Assembly: GCF_000150275.1 (NCBI RefSeq)
Contig: NW_002060944.1
Coordinates: 3,324,152-3,388,151 of the forward strand
Length of the DNA stretch: 64,000 nucleotides
Source: Trichoplax adhaerens
Lineage: Eukaryota > Animalia > Placozoa
Direction of reading: 5' to 3'
Part shown: one piece after another, positions 1-18,900 of the stretch
Layout: every line of letters begins with the position of its first letter
Numbering within the stretch: the first letter of the stretch is position 1
The notes under the pieces: model-generated
What the model was told of the DNA's origin: nothing
The model's database searches: none
The model's input: the letters and a program-made list of their open reading frames with translations, nothing else
Position numbers and translations under genes: made by a program

Positions 1-40
1 ATATTAAAAACTGCTCCATTTATTGTTTTCTACTCAACAG

Positions 41-489
41 AAAGAGAAAATTGAAGAGAAAGTCAGAATTTATCGTAATGAAAATCATAATCCTGATAGC
101 CACGCGTGCGTTACAAAAATTAAAGCGAGATTGATATATTGTAGATCGTAGTCGTTCAATAACAGATATATAAAACATACAGAACTGATTATAGTACGTT
201 AATTATGTTGCATCTATCAAAGTGTCTTATTTGATATGTTTTCAGTTACAAACGTTTACGTGAAGAGGAGGAGAAAATGCTTGAGCAGAGACAAGCGGAG
301 AAGCGTACTCGTTTAGCTAAGGTGCCCTACCAAAATCGATCTGTACGACCCTAAACATGTCATACTTTTGTTTACTATGTGAACAGTATTTATAATATTC
401 TTATGGATAATTTCGAATAGTTATTGCTAATTTCGAAATACTTGTTATAATAGGACAAGAAACAACGAGAAAGCAAATTATTGCGATAA
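41..489 (+). CDS. 3' end (last 3 exons: 41-105, 246-321, 454-489) of a small charged protein, possibly PET100-like COX assembly factor
   Basis: GT-AG spliced, in-frame translation KEKIEEKVRIYRNENHNPDSHA-YKRLREEEEKMLEQRQAEKRTRLAK-DKKQRESKLLR*. It resembles human PET100 (EWFEDDVIQRKRELWPPE...KRREEKLLR). The 5' part is outside the window, so the identity is tentative. Confidence 0.4.
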
Positions 490-1714
490 TTATTTGTAGC
501 ATTTGATAACATGGCGATGATGCTTGGTTCTGGAATCAATGCATACTCGTATACCGTATGTGTATGATTATAATATTAATTACTTTATAAAGGGTCCGTA
601 TTTTCGGTTCATCCTTTATTCTTAAATATTTACTGCAATTTGTAAGTTTATTGTAGTCGAATTTTATTCAGAATGATCTGAAGTATGTACGTGTGTTTAA
701 CTTTAGCAAATTCGATTGATTGGTAAAATTTGATTCTGTATAAAGCATTTCGCCTATACTTAATCAGTGTATAGCATACGAGTCACCGTGTTGCATTTGT
801 TGGATTTTAATTGCAGTAAATATATTTATTCTTTGCATTGATGTCTTTCTACGCTTATATGGCATACCTATAGCTATGAAGAAACTATTATTGTAGTGGC
901 ATACGGGTCTATAACTGATATAACCAATGTATTAACTTGTGGGTACTTCTAACCTACGTCATACCATATGGCATTGACTGCATTTGGAAGTGCTGTGAAG
1001 ACTAAATCGGTTACAGTAGATTGACACGGTGAAATATTAACTGCACACGCGTATCATTTCTGGATGGCAAATATGCTGTATATAGTTAACACATGCTAGA
1101 AATTTTTCCTGTTGTTGTTTTCTAAGCATGGATTATTACTATTGTTCCATACTTGCATGATGATGATCAATGATGTAAGTGTTCGAGTATCTACTCTACC
1201 TGAACGTGTCTATTCAATATTAGTCAATAATCATGCATGTCAATGTTGTACACCTCGATTCATGCTCCAAGATGGGTACTGTACTATGTTAAAAGTGTGC
1301 AATAATGTAGTGTATCAATAACGCGGCCTATTTGCAATGCAAACAAAGCATTAACGGTGCTGCTGATGTTCTTACTGTATTGTCGTCCACTGTTATTGAC
1401 AAAAGGCGAAATCTGTACTAAGACCAAGATGAATGTCATGGGAGTGGGGATAGAAATGATTGATGATTATTGTGAAGTGGGTTATTCCACGTTAGATAGG
1501 TTATGTTAAGGAGGAAAAAAAAAAGCAGCAAGAAATATGTGTAGCGATATTGCAGCAGCAACTATCCGGCAACACAGCTGGCAGACGATCTGCTGTTCAC
1601 ACCTCATCGCGGCACACTGTAGCTTTTTGGAGAACAGTTGTGTATAGTACTGTATGACACCGGGCTAATGTTGCCGTTGGTAAGTCATTGAGTCATATGT
1701 CCGTGGGCAAAATG

Positions 1715-2085
1715 ACCGTTGACCATTGTACTGTACAAGTGTACATTGTACTTGTTCAAACAGCGTTCAGAAGACAGGTACGGACTGGTATGGGACCGTA
1801 CCGTGTATGGTGATCCGAACCGTACCAGTACAATACTGTTTCTTTGGATTATGTCATTCATGACGTACAGTACATTGTACACTGGCGATGTACAGTGCCA
1901 AGACTGTAAAGTACTGTCAGATGCAAGACGTCACAGCCATCATCACACGACTCAGTACAAACGCTTATAATACAGTGCTGTCCCGTTTTACTCTTCATAT
2001 TGGACCTGCCTCCCTCTGGTACACTGTACAGTACGGTAATTTACTGTACAGTAGGCCGTAGACCATACTGTACAGTACAGTGCAA
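1715..2085. promoter_or_regulatory. ACTGTACAGT/TACTG motif cluster upstream of PI4KB (putative promoter)
   Basis: Repeated ACTGTACAGTA, GTACAGTAC and TGTACA in a GC-richer patch, followed by a candidate 5'UTR donor (AAG|GTAATT at 2127). Confidence 0.45.
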
Positions 2086-2934
2086 ATGTGGTCCTTTTTT
2101 TTTAGCTGTTTTTATACCGGTTGAAGGTAATTTAATTAAATAATCTATTTAATTAAAGCAGTCCAACTTTATTTATCCTACAACGTTGATAGGTTACAGT
2201 GTAGACTCGATAGTCAGTAGTTAGTTATTGTACATGAGAGAGTAAAAGTACTTAGACGTTGAAAAATTGTCTTAGTCAAAATATTCACTACAACCAACTC
2301 CAGTGATAGACTTGAAAAAATGCTTCAACGACTTGACGGTTGACTTGTACTAGAACGGTGTTCCAATTCACAATTAGAAATCCGCGTTGGAGAGAGCGCA
2401 AAACAATTTTTGCCTGGTTGGTAAAGGCTGGCAATTGATTCCAACAACGCTTCAAATTCGATGAAATCTTGATAATCTTAATCTTTAATTGGCCAGTCAA
2501 AGTCGAATATAAAACATTGGCTATTGCATACCAATGGAGAATTAACCCAGCATCTGTCATCGTCAACCTTTTGCAAAAGGATAGAAGAAAGACAAGAAAG
2601 GCTAACCAAAACTTTTGATTGGCACTTGTACTACCATTATTCCACTACACGCCTGCATCTCTTCTTACTGTATACGTTGCTAGATGATATATCCTATTAT
2701 AGTCACGACCAAACATTTCCATTAAAGGTGACATCAACGTTTGAATTTTCAAAAGGTGTTCGCTCATTTCCAGAAGATAAAGCATTCTTAAGTTCATTGG
2801 TAAAAATGCAATACTCGTAAAAAGAACCAATTACTCGTATACCTGGATATGACAGCTAACCACTAAGTGTACTACACTGGTAAGGTTCAAACTCTTTGAA
2901 ATCTCGAAAGTTAGCTGAAAGAAATCTTTTCAAG

Positions 2935-8092
<5,158 letters not shown>

Positions 8093-9443
8093 ACCCCTTA
8101 TTTTTTATTTGCCTTTGCGAATATAAATAAATCTTTTATTTTCAGCCTTATATTCCACATGAAACGTCCATGTTTATGAATTGGTTTAGTTAACTAAATG
8201 TGATAGATTGTAAATGATCATCACTTTGTTTTAAAAAATGTATCACGGAGCAGCTAATAGCAGTCATGTGATGCTATAATTATTAAACGTGCCTTTAATT
8301 GCTGTATATAATATCTCGCAACCTTTTGTTTTATAGACTAAAAGATTATTAATGCATGTTAATTAATGTTGAAAATTTTGCAAAAAAGACAATGAATATT
8401 ATCTGCAGATACTATTAAAATTATACTCTAATTGATTCGTTTTAAAATCCAAAGGAAACCATAATTTTTATCCGAATGAAATTGTTAGATTTGGGTTACC
8501 CAAGTCATCCAAAAAAGTAGCTATTGATATTATGTGTATAGCTTTGTAATTTATAATGTAACAAAATTGTTATAATATTGGCAACAAGTTTAAATTTGTC
8601 CAAAAAATTGCAAATTATATCAAGCCATAATCTGCATTTTGGCTAAAAGCCTCAGCTGTGCTTTATAATCTAAGAATTTATTCAATGAATTTGCTATCTT
8701 ATTAAGAAAGGTGATCACCAATTGTATACTTGTGCTTTGCATCAATTTATATACCGCTTGACCGTTAGTAAAATTTATCAGCAATCGCTTACCCTTAAAT
8801 GTATGGATTGTGTATCTTTACTCGTGTTTTATATCATCCTAATTGACTTTATTGAAAGAAAGATGTTATTAACTATAGATTACATCATTCCAAGTGTGGT
8901 AATCTACGCGTGAATATTTTCTTAGGTAAGTAAAAGCTAATCTCTGATATATTTAAATAGCAAATGATGATTTTTAGATAATCGGTTGATAAAAAATATG
9001 ATTACTTCTTGAAATTTTCAAGAATGAACAGATAGCTGATGCGCACAATTTAATATAGGATTACTTTTTGTTTTTATTTGTAACTTAGATACATATATTT
9101 TAATTTTTATCCCTACTTAGGACATTTTAGAAAGAGATCGATGTGTATTTTCGTCGGGTTGGTATTACAATCGCCAATAAATATTGGAATGCCTACGTAG
9201 CATTTAGACCTGAAGGAGCAGCTAGTAGTACTGTAGCTAATAAACTTCCTGAGAGCTAAACAATTTCCACAAGAACTGAATAATTTATTCGCTGGATAGC
9301 CCTCTTTAATATTAATTCCTATTCTCCGATACCTTTATGCAGTAGTACTTGTCTTGGCATATTTCAAGTTAATACTTTAATGAATGCATACGCGAATAGT
9401 CGTTGGCGAATCCTTTTAGATTTACGAATTACGATAAGTATTC

Positions 9444-12400
9444 TTAATTAGACTTAATACTTTTACCAGCGACGTAAACATTAATGATATTTCTATCATC
9501 CCCTAAAAGGAAGGCAACGTAATTCAGTATGATATTTTGTTTGAAAAAAATTCCCCTATTAGATATATGCCAGATTAGTATGTTCTCAGCTTACCAGCGT
9601 AAAGGAAACGTTGAAATTTTTCCTGCGAAAAACACATTTCAATCACTTTTCTATTACTTAATGGAATGAAATTATGGTTTATATAGTATATATACATCTT
9701 TGTAAAGCTTACCTCCAATCCATCAAAATCGAACGTGGAGATTACAGAATTATCGACGTTACAATCGATGAGAAGGGCATCAAAGTCTTTCCCCGTCTTA
9801 AAAATACATAGTAATTACTGTACGATTACGAAACAAGAATTTGATAGGAACACTTTACATATTGATTGCATGATATGAAATTCGGAGAATATTGATTTAA
9901 CAACGAGTGTAATGGTAAAACCATCAATTAATGTAAGAAATTTTTCAATTGTTACGGCGCTTAGAGTGTAAATCAAGTTTGAATCATCTTAGCAACAAAC
10001 CTGAAAATTTCCGATCCTTTTATCCAATCCTAAGACTATTTAGTAGAGTAAATTAATGGAAAGAATAGTAATTTAAAGCTGTTATACTACGTACATTCTG
10101 TTTACGAATACGACAAGAATTTGCCCTAGTTATAGCTCTAGAAAACATGTAGGTACGTACTACAATAGCAATGTAAAACTGTTTTTAGATTATCTGCATA
10201 CCTTTCGCTCCCCCTAATGTTGCCATACAAAATGCTTCTGCGTTACTGATTGGTTGATATGCAGTTTCTTTCACTTTTCCAATGCTAATAATCTTTGACG
10301 TAGTTATGGCCATCCTTATTGCATTTAATATTGAGACAGAGTAGCCAGCTCCGATATCTAAAAAGGTTTAAAGTTAGCTTATTTAATTGTAGTATCGTTG
10401 CCGATCAGGCTGGCATTAAGTGTTTGATGAAAGAATCAGCACAAAACTAAGTGCACAACAATATCGCTCAATCACCTACCTGTGCCTAGGCCAACGTTAA
10501 CGTTATATTTCAAAAACTTACGAGCATCGAATATACCACTACGTATACTAGAAAGCAATAATGAGTAGTATATATATACGTAAGCCGTAATTTATAAACT
10601 CAAAATAGCCTTAAATTAGTCGTTTTCTATACTATAAAGTAAAATATTTATGATCACATATGCGATAAGTAGGAGTAGATACGAACAAAACTGTAACAAT
10701 TATAAATCATTTATAAATTTAAACTAAGTATCAAATGGACCACTATGGCTACTAGAACACAATAATCCATAAATTATACAAATGTATATACACCAAATAT
10801 ATTCCTACAGACTTGAGCCTAGAATCAAAATAGATTACTACGTATGTCAGAAAGGAATAATTTATATACTGGTTGTCCATAAATTCAAATTTGAGTCTCA
10901 AATAATCGCTACTTACGCGTCTTAACGTAATAATACGCGTATACTGTAATAGACAAAAACCTTAATACGCAAAGATCTGGCTAATGATTGCGAATAATCT
11001 TAGAGACTATTTCAGCCAAATCTATCATTTATTACCTAATATTAGAATTAGGACAGTGAGATACACCAACATTTCGGTCTTTCAATAATTGAATATCTTC
11101 TTCGGTTACGTGGATACAGTGAGCTAAAATAGTCTATCATAAATTTTAAGAAATAGAATCAAATTATACGATTGTGATAGGCTTTAAGATTCCCTATTTC
11201 TTCTCTCATTTATCAGTTAGATCTTTACAGGCTAAATAGTTTATGATTGATAATGGTACAACAAGGTCAGAAAATTTAACAATATTTGAGAATTATTGTA
11301 GCACAGAAATAATTATTTTAAATTAAGATAATGACATTGTACCCGAGGAGTAAGTAGAGATGCTTTATCCAATATGCTGGTATACGTTTTATTATTAGGA
11401 AACATTTCAAAAGCTATTTTGACTTCCTCTGCACTTTGAGCCATTGTTGTCTAAATGAAATTTACCCAGCACATTAGATTAATTAAATTACTCGTCATCA
11501 ATATCCATAAATTGCCTTCTAGCCATTGATCAGAAAAAAATTTACGTATAGAATTATTTTTGAGCCAGTAACTTTATTTCTATAATAAAAACATAGAATC
11601 CTATCTCGTAATCTATTCATTGAATACATCATTCTACCTGAATACAGATCCCGAGATCTTTGGATAATTGATTAAATTTTTGCACGAGTTTTTCGGTTGT
11701 TGTTTGGCGTAATCGAAGCACAAGAACAGGCATTAGTAGCGGACTCTAAAATTAGTTTGGTGAAGTTAAGCACACGTAAAGTATTGATTTATATTTAAAT
11801 TAGAATAAGTTAGGATCTATCAATTAACTTATAAGAAATCAATGCTACGGCATAGATACTCTTACCACACGACTACGCAATGTTCTAACCAGCCTAAGAT
11901 GGATATAATAATATCATAAGCGTTTACGTATATATAGAATATTAGTAGGAATTCCTAATTATAATGCGATATTCGATACCTGACAGTACTTTCATATGCT
12001 TGATTAGATGTCTCAAAGTAAAAATAAGGAGAATTTCTATCCATGCAAGTTTTCCCTATTATTGCTCTTTGTCCTTTTTTAACTAATAATGAAGAATTAT
12101 AGCTGTAAATTGCTATAAGCTTGAGTTCCAATAAGACTTGAAATTGTATTTTATACGATTACTTGGATAAGAACATCAATAATAAAATGATCTACTGAAA
12201 ATCGATTGTCAGAAAATTATTACTCAAAAATAAAATTTAAATTATAATAGTGCAATAAAATCCTGGTTGATCAAAATAATCTTTTGATTATTATTTTCAG
12301 GATTACGATCTTAATATTTATCTTAGTCGACTGCACTAAGAAAATTACAAATTTACCATAAGTAAAATTATCATTATCATTATTCTACTCCAATAATATT

Positions 12401-13429
12401 CCAGTCCAGCAGATAATTTTATCAGCTTTATCCTGCAGTAACTTACTTGTGATATTGGCTAAAGTGGAACAAGCATCAAAATGCATACTCATTAAGTAGC
12501 ATGCGGTTGTGGTCCCATTATCGACCATGCATTTCTGTATAATAGTCGAAGAAATGAATAATTATTGTTAATTAAGCAACATAAATAACAAGTGCAGGGA
12601 ATTAAAACGTCAACATAGATTTTTTTCTTAGATTTAAAAGTTCCAGCGATAAGCACATTCTAAAACTAACATTTCATATTATGAATACTCGATCGTTAAA
12701 ATTGACTTACAACTAATTTCTGCATTAACCGCTCTGTGTAGTTTAGATCAAAGCATTGAGCTTCTGCTGGTAAAGCACAATTTTCTAGCCAGTCAAAGGA
12801 TTTCTTATCCATATGTGTACATGCCATTGGAAAGCAAGTAGCTGTTGCACGAGTATCAATTAGGCCAGGTATCATAAATTGTCTAGATAGATATCGAAAC
12901 AGAGCAGAAGAAAACTACCTCTATACTTTATGAAATCAATAGTCTCGAATTCTTATGATTATCTACTACTCTTAGTGAATATTTAAGCTAATAAGGACGA
13001 TAACTATGCTCGTACCATATAGGAGCATGAAACTTAAAATGACTGTTCTAGCTAAGTCTAGTCCTTCATGTCATAGAAGTAATACAGTAAGTAGCATAAA
13101 TATTCAATTTGAGGTGATTTTATAGCATATTCAAAGTTACCCTGAAGTCATCGCTAAGATATCTTTTTCATTAAATTGGTATTCCTTTCTTAAGTCTGTC
13201 AAGTTACCACGATCAAAAAAAACTATCTAGAAATTTCGTGTAGAAAAACCAAAACATACAAATATTATCATCTTCGAAGTTCAATCTTTTCCCTGAAATG
13301 GAATACTACCTTGCCACTAGTATTGACGATCATGATATGATCGTGTAAGTAAGCAATTTCCTGACAATTCGTTTCAGAGATATGGACGAAATTGCCAACT
13401 ACGACTAATTGGATATTAGCATTGGCCAT
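9444..13429 (-). CDS. GDA: Guanine deaminase (GDA/cypin) homolog, 15 exons, about 446 aa, catalytic residues degenerate
   Basis: Phase-compatible GT-AG exons give MANANIQLVVVGNFVH..., FMIPGLIDT, NGTTTACY, GQRAIIGKTCMD, TILAHCIH, VSHCPNSN, VGLGTDIGAGYS, ATLGGAK, IGNFQTGKDFDALLI and FLYAGDDRNIINVYVAGK. Colinear with human GDA. Confidence 0.92.
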
Positions 13430-15943
13430 TATAGTGATATCTTCAATTATTTTATTTCCGTATTACCGCAGACTAGATTATTAATCATAGAAAAACACAG
13501 CATTATTCACCTCTGGAATACCAGAAGCACTTTCATTTTATTCAGGGTTAAATCTCGTATCTTAAGAGAACTGAATTCGTATCTTTAAAAAATAACAGAA
13601 ATCTGGTTCATAGTATACTAATTGATAGGATGTTAACAAATCTTCTTTTATATTTCTACCCTAAAAATAGATTAACTTAAAGTTCAATATCTCAAACGAG
13701 CTAATTCATATTCAGGAGGGAAATAGAAACCTCGTCTTTAATTGCATGTATTGTATTAATAACTTTTTTCACTTTGGTGTTTACAGCACTACTAGCTTGA
13801 GCTAGCATTTAACAAACTTGCAATAATGCAGTTATATTTCTACAGATCCAGCTAGAAGCTTAATAATATTATGTATTTTAACAACAGATACCAAATTTCT
13901 GCTATTAATAATTACTATTCAAATGTTTTTGTAGAAATACTAAGGAATACTTTACTTTTCTGAAATCAGAATCTAATATTTCAAGAAAACCAAATATCAT
14001 ATCATAATGGATAACAGAAGCCCCAATTTACAACCATATTCGCGATATTGGTGAAGTTTTGTATCTATACTTATCATAGTAATAGGCTAACCTTACATCT
14101 GCAAGGCTGTAATAATTCAGCATTACCTTAGTATTACCCTTAAAGATCCAATAGGATTACAAATTCTCACCAATAGAAAAATTGCAGAGATCTATCCGTT
14201 CTTATTGTATAGGAGTCTACAGTACGAATAAGATAGCACAGTTTCACATAAGATATAATAAATGCTTTTACTAACGACTAAAGATTATAATGTAAATCTA
14301 TAGACAAAATTTCTATAGTGTGTTATTGCAATGACTATGATTCAACACTACCATATGTTGCCTATGATGTAAATCATAATTTATTACTAATATTATGCAA
14401 TATTCATGTTGTCAGTCGGTCAGTCTTAAATCTGTTATTTACTAACATGTACTTTATAGCTTATATGATAAACCAATATTTTCTTGTTTTAATTATACTG
14501 AAGTTTTGCATTACATTTATGCTAGCTGCCTTACTGTATGAGATAAATTTGAGCTTTTTGGTGTTATACTTGATTTCGTAGTAAATAAAAATTTTTTACT
14601 AGTAGTCATACAGGTTTATCATTTACACATACATATATACTACAATATCTCAATTTCATTTCTATCATTCGTGCATCCTATCTGTTTTATTTTATCATTC
14701 GGCAGCAATGACCTTTACAACTATTAATGAATGATGTAGTTGCTTAGAGTCTTTTGTAGATTTTTCTATAACAGCTGATAGAGATTGCAAGTTTCAAAGA
14801 TAGATCATCAAATGTTGGACAACACTTTATTTTGTATTAGCTAGAGACATACAGTTTTAGGTAGATTGATATACGATCGAAAATGTGGAGCGATCATTTT
14901 ATGTTCAATACCTTACTAAAAATGCCCATGATTTGCTGAAAGTAGTTCTAAATTGCCTTATTACCAGCTCTTTGAGACATTGAAGGTATGAGTAAATCAT
15001 TTACGTTTACTTCTTACAAAATTTCGAACTAGACTTTATTTCCTTCATTAAACTAGACTTTAAGCTATATTACAGCATTCATTCACTGCATATAGTTGCA
15101 TGCTCGTGCAATAATAATTTTTACTCATCGTATTTTATATTGAGATTATCTATCTCATTCATATACACATAGCATTTATCTGTTCTTTAATAATGATACG
15201 TATAAAAGATGCTCTTTTTTGCTTTGAATACACATAAGCATGATCTAAATAGAATGTTTTAATTGTTATTCTGCGTATATCACTATGCATATCAACTAGG
15301 TAGGAGCTACACAACTAGATTGAGCTACCTAAACTATAATTACTACTCTACAGTACATCATGAAATGTTTTTAAGAAATTTAGAAAGATACAAGTAAGAT
15401 ATTTGAAAATAATTTATTTAATTAAACGGCAACCTGTATTTTATAAATGATGACTGTGAAAACTATAATTTTTTCGAGTATTGATCATTCCTAATGGTAC
15501 GTCATCAATGAGATTTTATTCGTATACAACGTATCATAAACGTATCTTTCTAACTGCACTTGAAGGTAGATTTTTGTTTATGTTGCAAAGTATAGTGAAA
15601 TGAAACGGGCAATCTTTCATACATACAAAAAGAAATACTATTGGATATAACAAAGGCAAATTACAGCATAATAGTAAATTTATCACAAAGCATCATAATT
15701 TAAAGTGTTCTTCATTTACAAATTAAATATCGAGATTCGCTTGCTGGATACAACTTTTATCCAGCTGTGATTAATCAATCAATCAATATTAACCAAGCAA
15801 GAATTTCACTAAATAATCTGTACAGAAATTCATTATAAGCAGTAGACATTGAACGTATTTAAGTAGTACTACGCCAATTCACTAGGTAATAGAAATAATA
15901 TCAAAACATGAAAATATCTACTATCGCCGTAGAAGCTTAAGAA

Positions 15944-18900
15944 TTAGTTATTTGAATGAACCTTCCAAATCTTAATACAATTATCGTCAGATCCTGATGC
16001 TAATATGTTATCAACTTTCGGATGCCACCTAACAACATTTACGTCATGATTGTGTGCCTGGTAATAAGCAATAAATAGCTAAAAATTAGGATTTACCAAC
16101 CTAATAAGCGTAAACTACAATCAATGCTGAACTTGAATAAGCACATTTTCTGAGAAAAAACTTTTATTAATTACCTTATCTTTGCATAGTTCCATTGTGG
16201 CAGTAGCCGATGCATCGCTTGCATTCATTTCCTTGAAAGTGTTATTAGTAAAATATTAAACTCAGAACTATTGAAACTAACTGATTTGATATAGATATAG
16301 TAATCCTTACAATAGAGAAGATACGAATTGCATCATCACCACAAGCGGTAGCAATCTTATTGTTTAGTTTAGACCTAGATAGAAGTATAACAGAAACCAA
16401 GAATTAAAGCATGTAATGAAGTTGCAGTTGCAAAGCAATGGGTGACTATATACCAATCAACGTCATAAATCGGCCTATTATGATAACCAGCTATTGTACA
16501 TATACTGATCCACTTTACTTCTGGAGTACCCCATAGTGTCCATTTTCCAAATAAAATTATAGAATTCAATTACAAGCACGATTTTAGTCACATTCATAAA
16601 TTACAATTAAGCAATCTAGTACGCTAAAAAAGTAAGACGCAACAAATAAGTTTTTGAATGTAAAAATTACAAATAAAATCATACCATCAGATGGACCCGA
16701 TTTTAAGCATTTCCAAATTTTTAAAACCTTATCATCCCCACAAGAAACTGGGCAATTAAAATATTAGATACGGTAAGAAAATATTGAAGCCAATACTGTC
16801 TTAAGTTGATTTTTTTTACATTCAATACAAGATAGAATTGATTACCAAATAATTCTCCACTGGAATGAAAGCTGAGCGACCAAACGGTTGATTCATGTCC
16901 AATAAGGGTGTGACTACATTCCCTTGATAAAGATAAGCAGAATTCAGCATTGAGAAAGACTACCTTTGAGTAAGTAAGTAAGTAAGAACGGCTATTGATT
17001 ATCCTTAATAGAAACTGTTTTTATGAGATTGGAATATTGGTCCAGCGTAACTAACCAGTCATCGTCAACCTCTTTATATATCTTGATAGTGTTATCGTAG
17101 CTAGCAGAGACTAGAGCCTGTAAAGTATTGGAAAAAGCAGACAATTTAATTAGCCATATCACCTTTTAGCGATAATTAATATAATAAATTCGAGTACTTT
17201 ATTTAAATTTGCTCTAATCATACGTTTTCTTTTGGACTCCAAACAACATGTTTAACATCTTGAGAATGATCGGTTAATACACTAGCGCATTCATATTCTT
17301 CATCTTCTTCGATAACTTTTATTCAATTAGAAAACGAAGTACAGTAGTTATATAATATAGAATGAATAGTAGCAATTTATTGCAGTACTACAGAATGTTT
17401 AAATGAAACATATTAAATGACCACATACATTCCCAGATCCAGGCAGATTTATCTCTGCTACAAGAAGCCAAATACACTCCAGAAGAAGACCAATTAACAC
17501 ATTTTACTTCATTCTCGTGCCCTTCTAGGGTTGCCATACATTCAAAGTCTGTAACAATTACATTGTAAGCAAGTTATGCTGCATATAAAGCTAATGCCAC
17601 CTCTATTTTCTATTCATTACAGTATAGCTGTTGTTATGATATTATATTGCATAATTTCCCATCAATAGCGAGTAAAAATATATACTTGCCGATAAGACAA
17701 GATCATGCTAGGATAGACTAGAATAAAATAGTTTTATTACCTAAGCAAGTAAACTTAAAACTCTTTGCCAGTATGGTATTTTAGTTTCATTAAATCAATT
17801 TACAAATTACAAGTTAGAATAGAATACGCATGAACGCTTACCTCCATCCTTTTTAGACCAAATACATATTGTTGCATCAAAACTGCATGATGCTAAATAA
17901 TTTCCACAAGGTGACCAAGCCACTTTACGTATAAATAGTTGGTAATGAAAGAGACAAAAGATGTTACATGTTGTTATATTTTAGATTATAGATATACGCG
18001 TACTCGTACGGCGTGATTATTGATATATTAGTTACAGAATTGCAATAGTAATAATCCAGTTACAACAAACCGAGACCAAGACTAAGCAATATTTGACCGA
18101 AATATGCTCTTTGAATTAGTACTAAGCTATGCTATTCTATGAAAGAATCATATATATTCTGTGATCGACAGGTATAGTCAGCTAGATGCATCTGTTACTT
18201 ACCGCTACGTATCGTCCTCGTATGTCCTTCTGTAAGGATACTTTTACAAGTCCATTGATCAGAATCGGAATTTTTAGCCCAAATACGGATGTATTGACCG
18301 AAATTAAAAATCAAGAAAGGGAAAGATAGAGGTAGAAATGCGACAGTCGTCATTTAAATGCCACACAAGTGAAAAGCTATGCAAAATACCTTGTTACATT
18401 GTATAGTTTTGAAACTGCGCTACAGAATTATCACGAGTTTAAATATATTTGTGCATGACTACGAAAGCTAAATATAAATTCTATATACAAGTAATTCTTT
18501 TGTAAGTATGTTAGAACTGTACAATTATCACCTAGTATGATTTATAATCAATTTTGCTACGTATTTATCAAATAAATCCGTTGCCTTAAGTTATTACAAA
18601 AATTATCAGTGGTATTTAATTGTAGCTGAAAAGTTACCATCTGTACAGTGCTAAAACATTGTTTTAGACCTCTGAATTATTTGCCTAGTCGTCATAGATT
18701 ATGCATTTGAGAGAAAGTTAGGTTAATCTAATGTGTCTTATCCACGAAATTATAGGTGATGAAGCTATCTATCCGAGGCTACATCTATTTACATTATATT
18801 GAATCCTAGGAGTTAATGATAACAGTAAATAATCTATCTAACTACGTTTGGCGATATCCATAGCGTTAAGCTGTATTTCTGAGGTCAACTAGATTCATTA

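Noticed and set aside
8926-9260. Donor and acceptor pair on + between PI4KB and the GDA-like gene
   Set aside because: No sustained reading frame; it could be 3'UTR splicing but cannot be supported from sequence alone.
9444-13429. Calling the GDA homolog a pseudogene
   Set aside because: All 15 exons splice in frame with canonical sites, there are no stops, and structural motifs are conserved.
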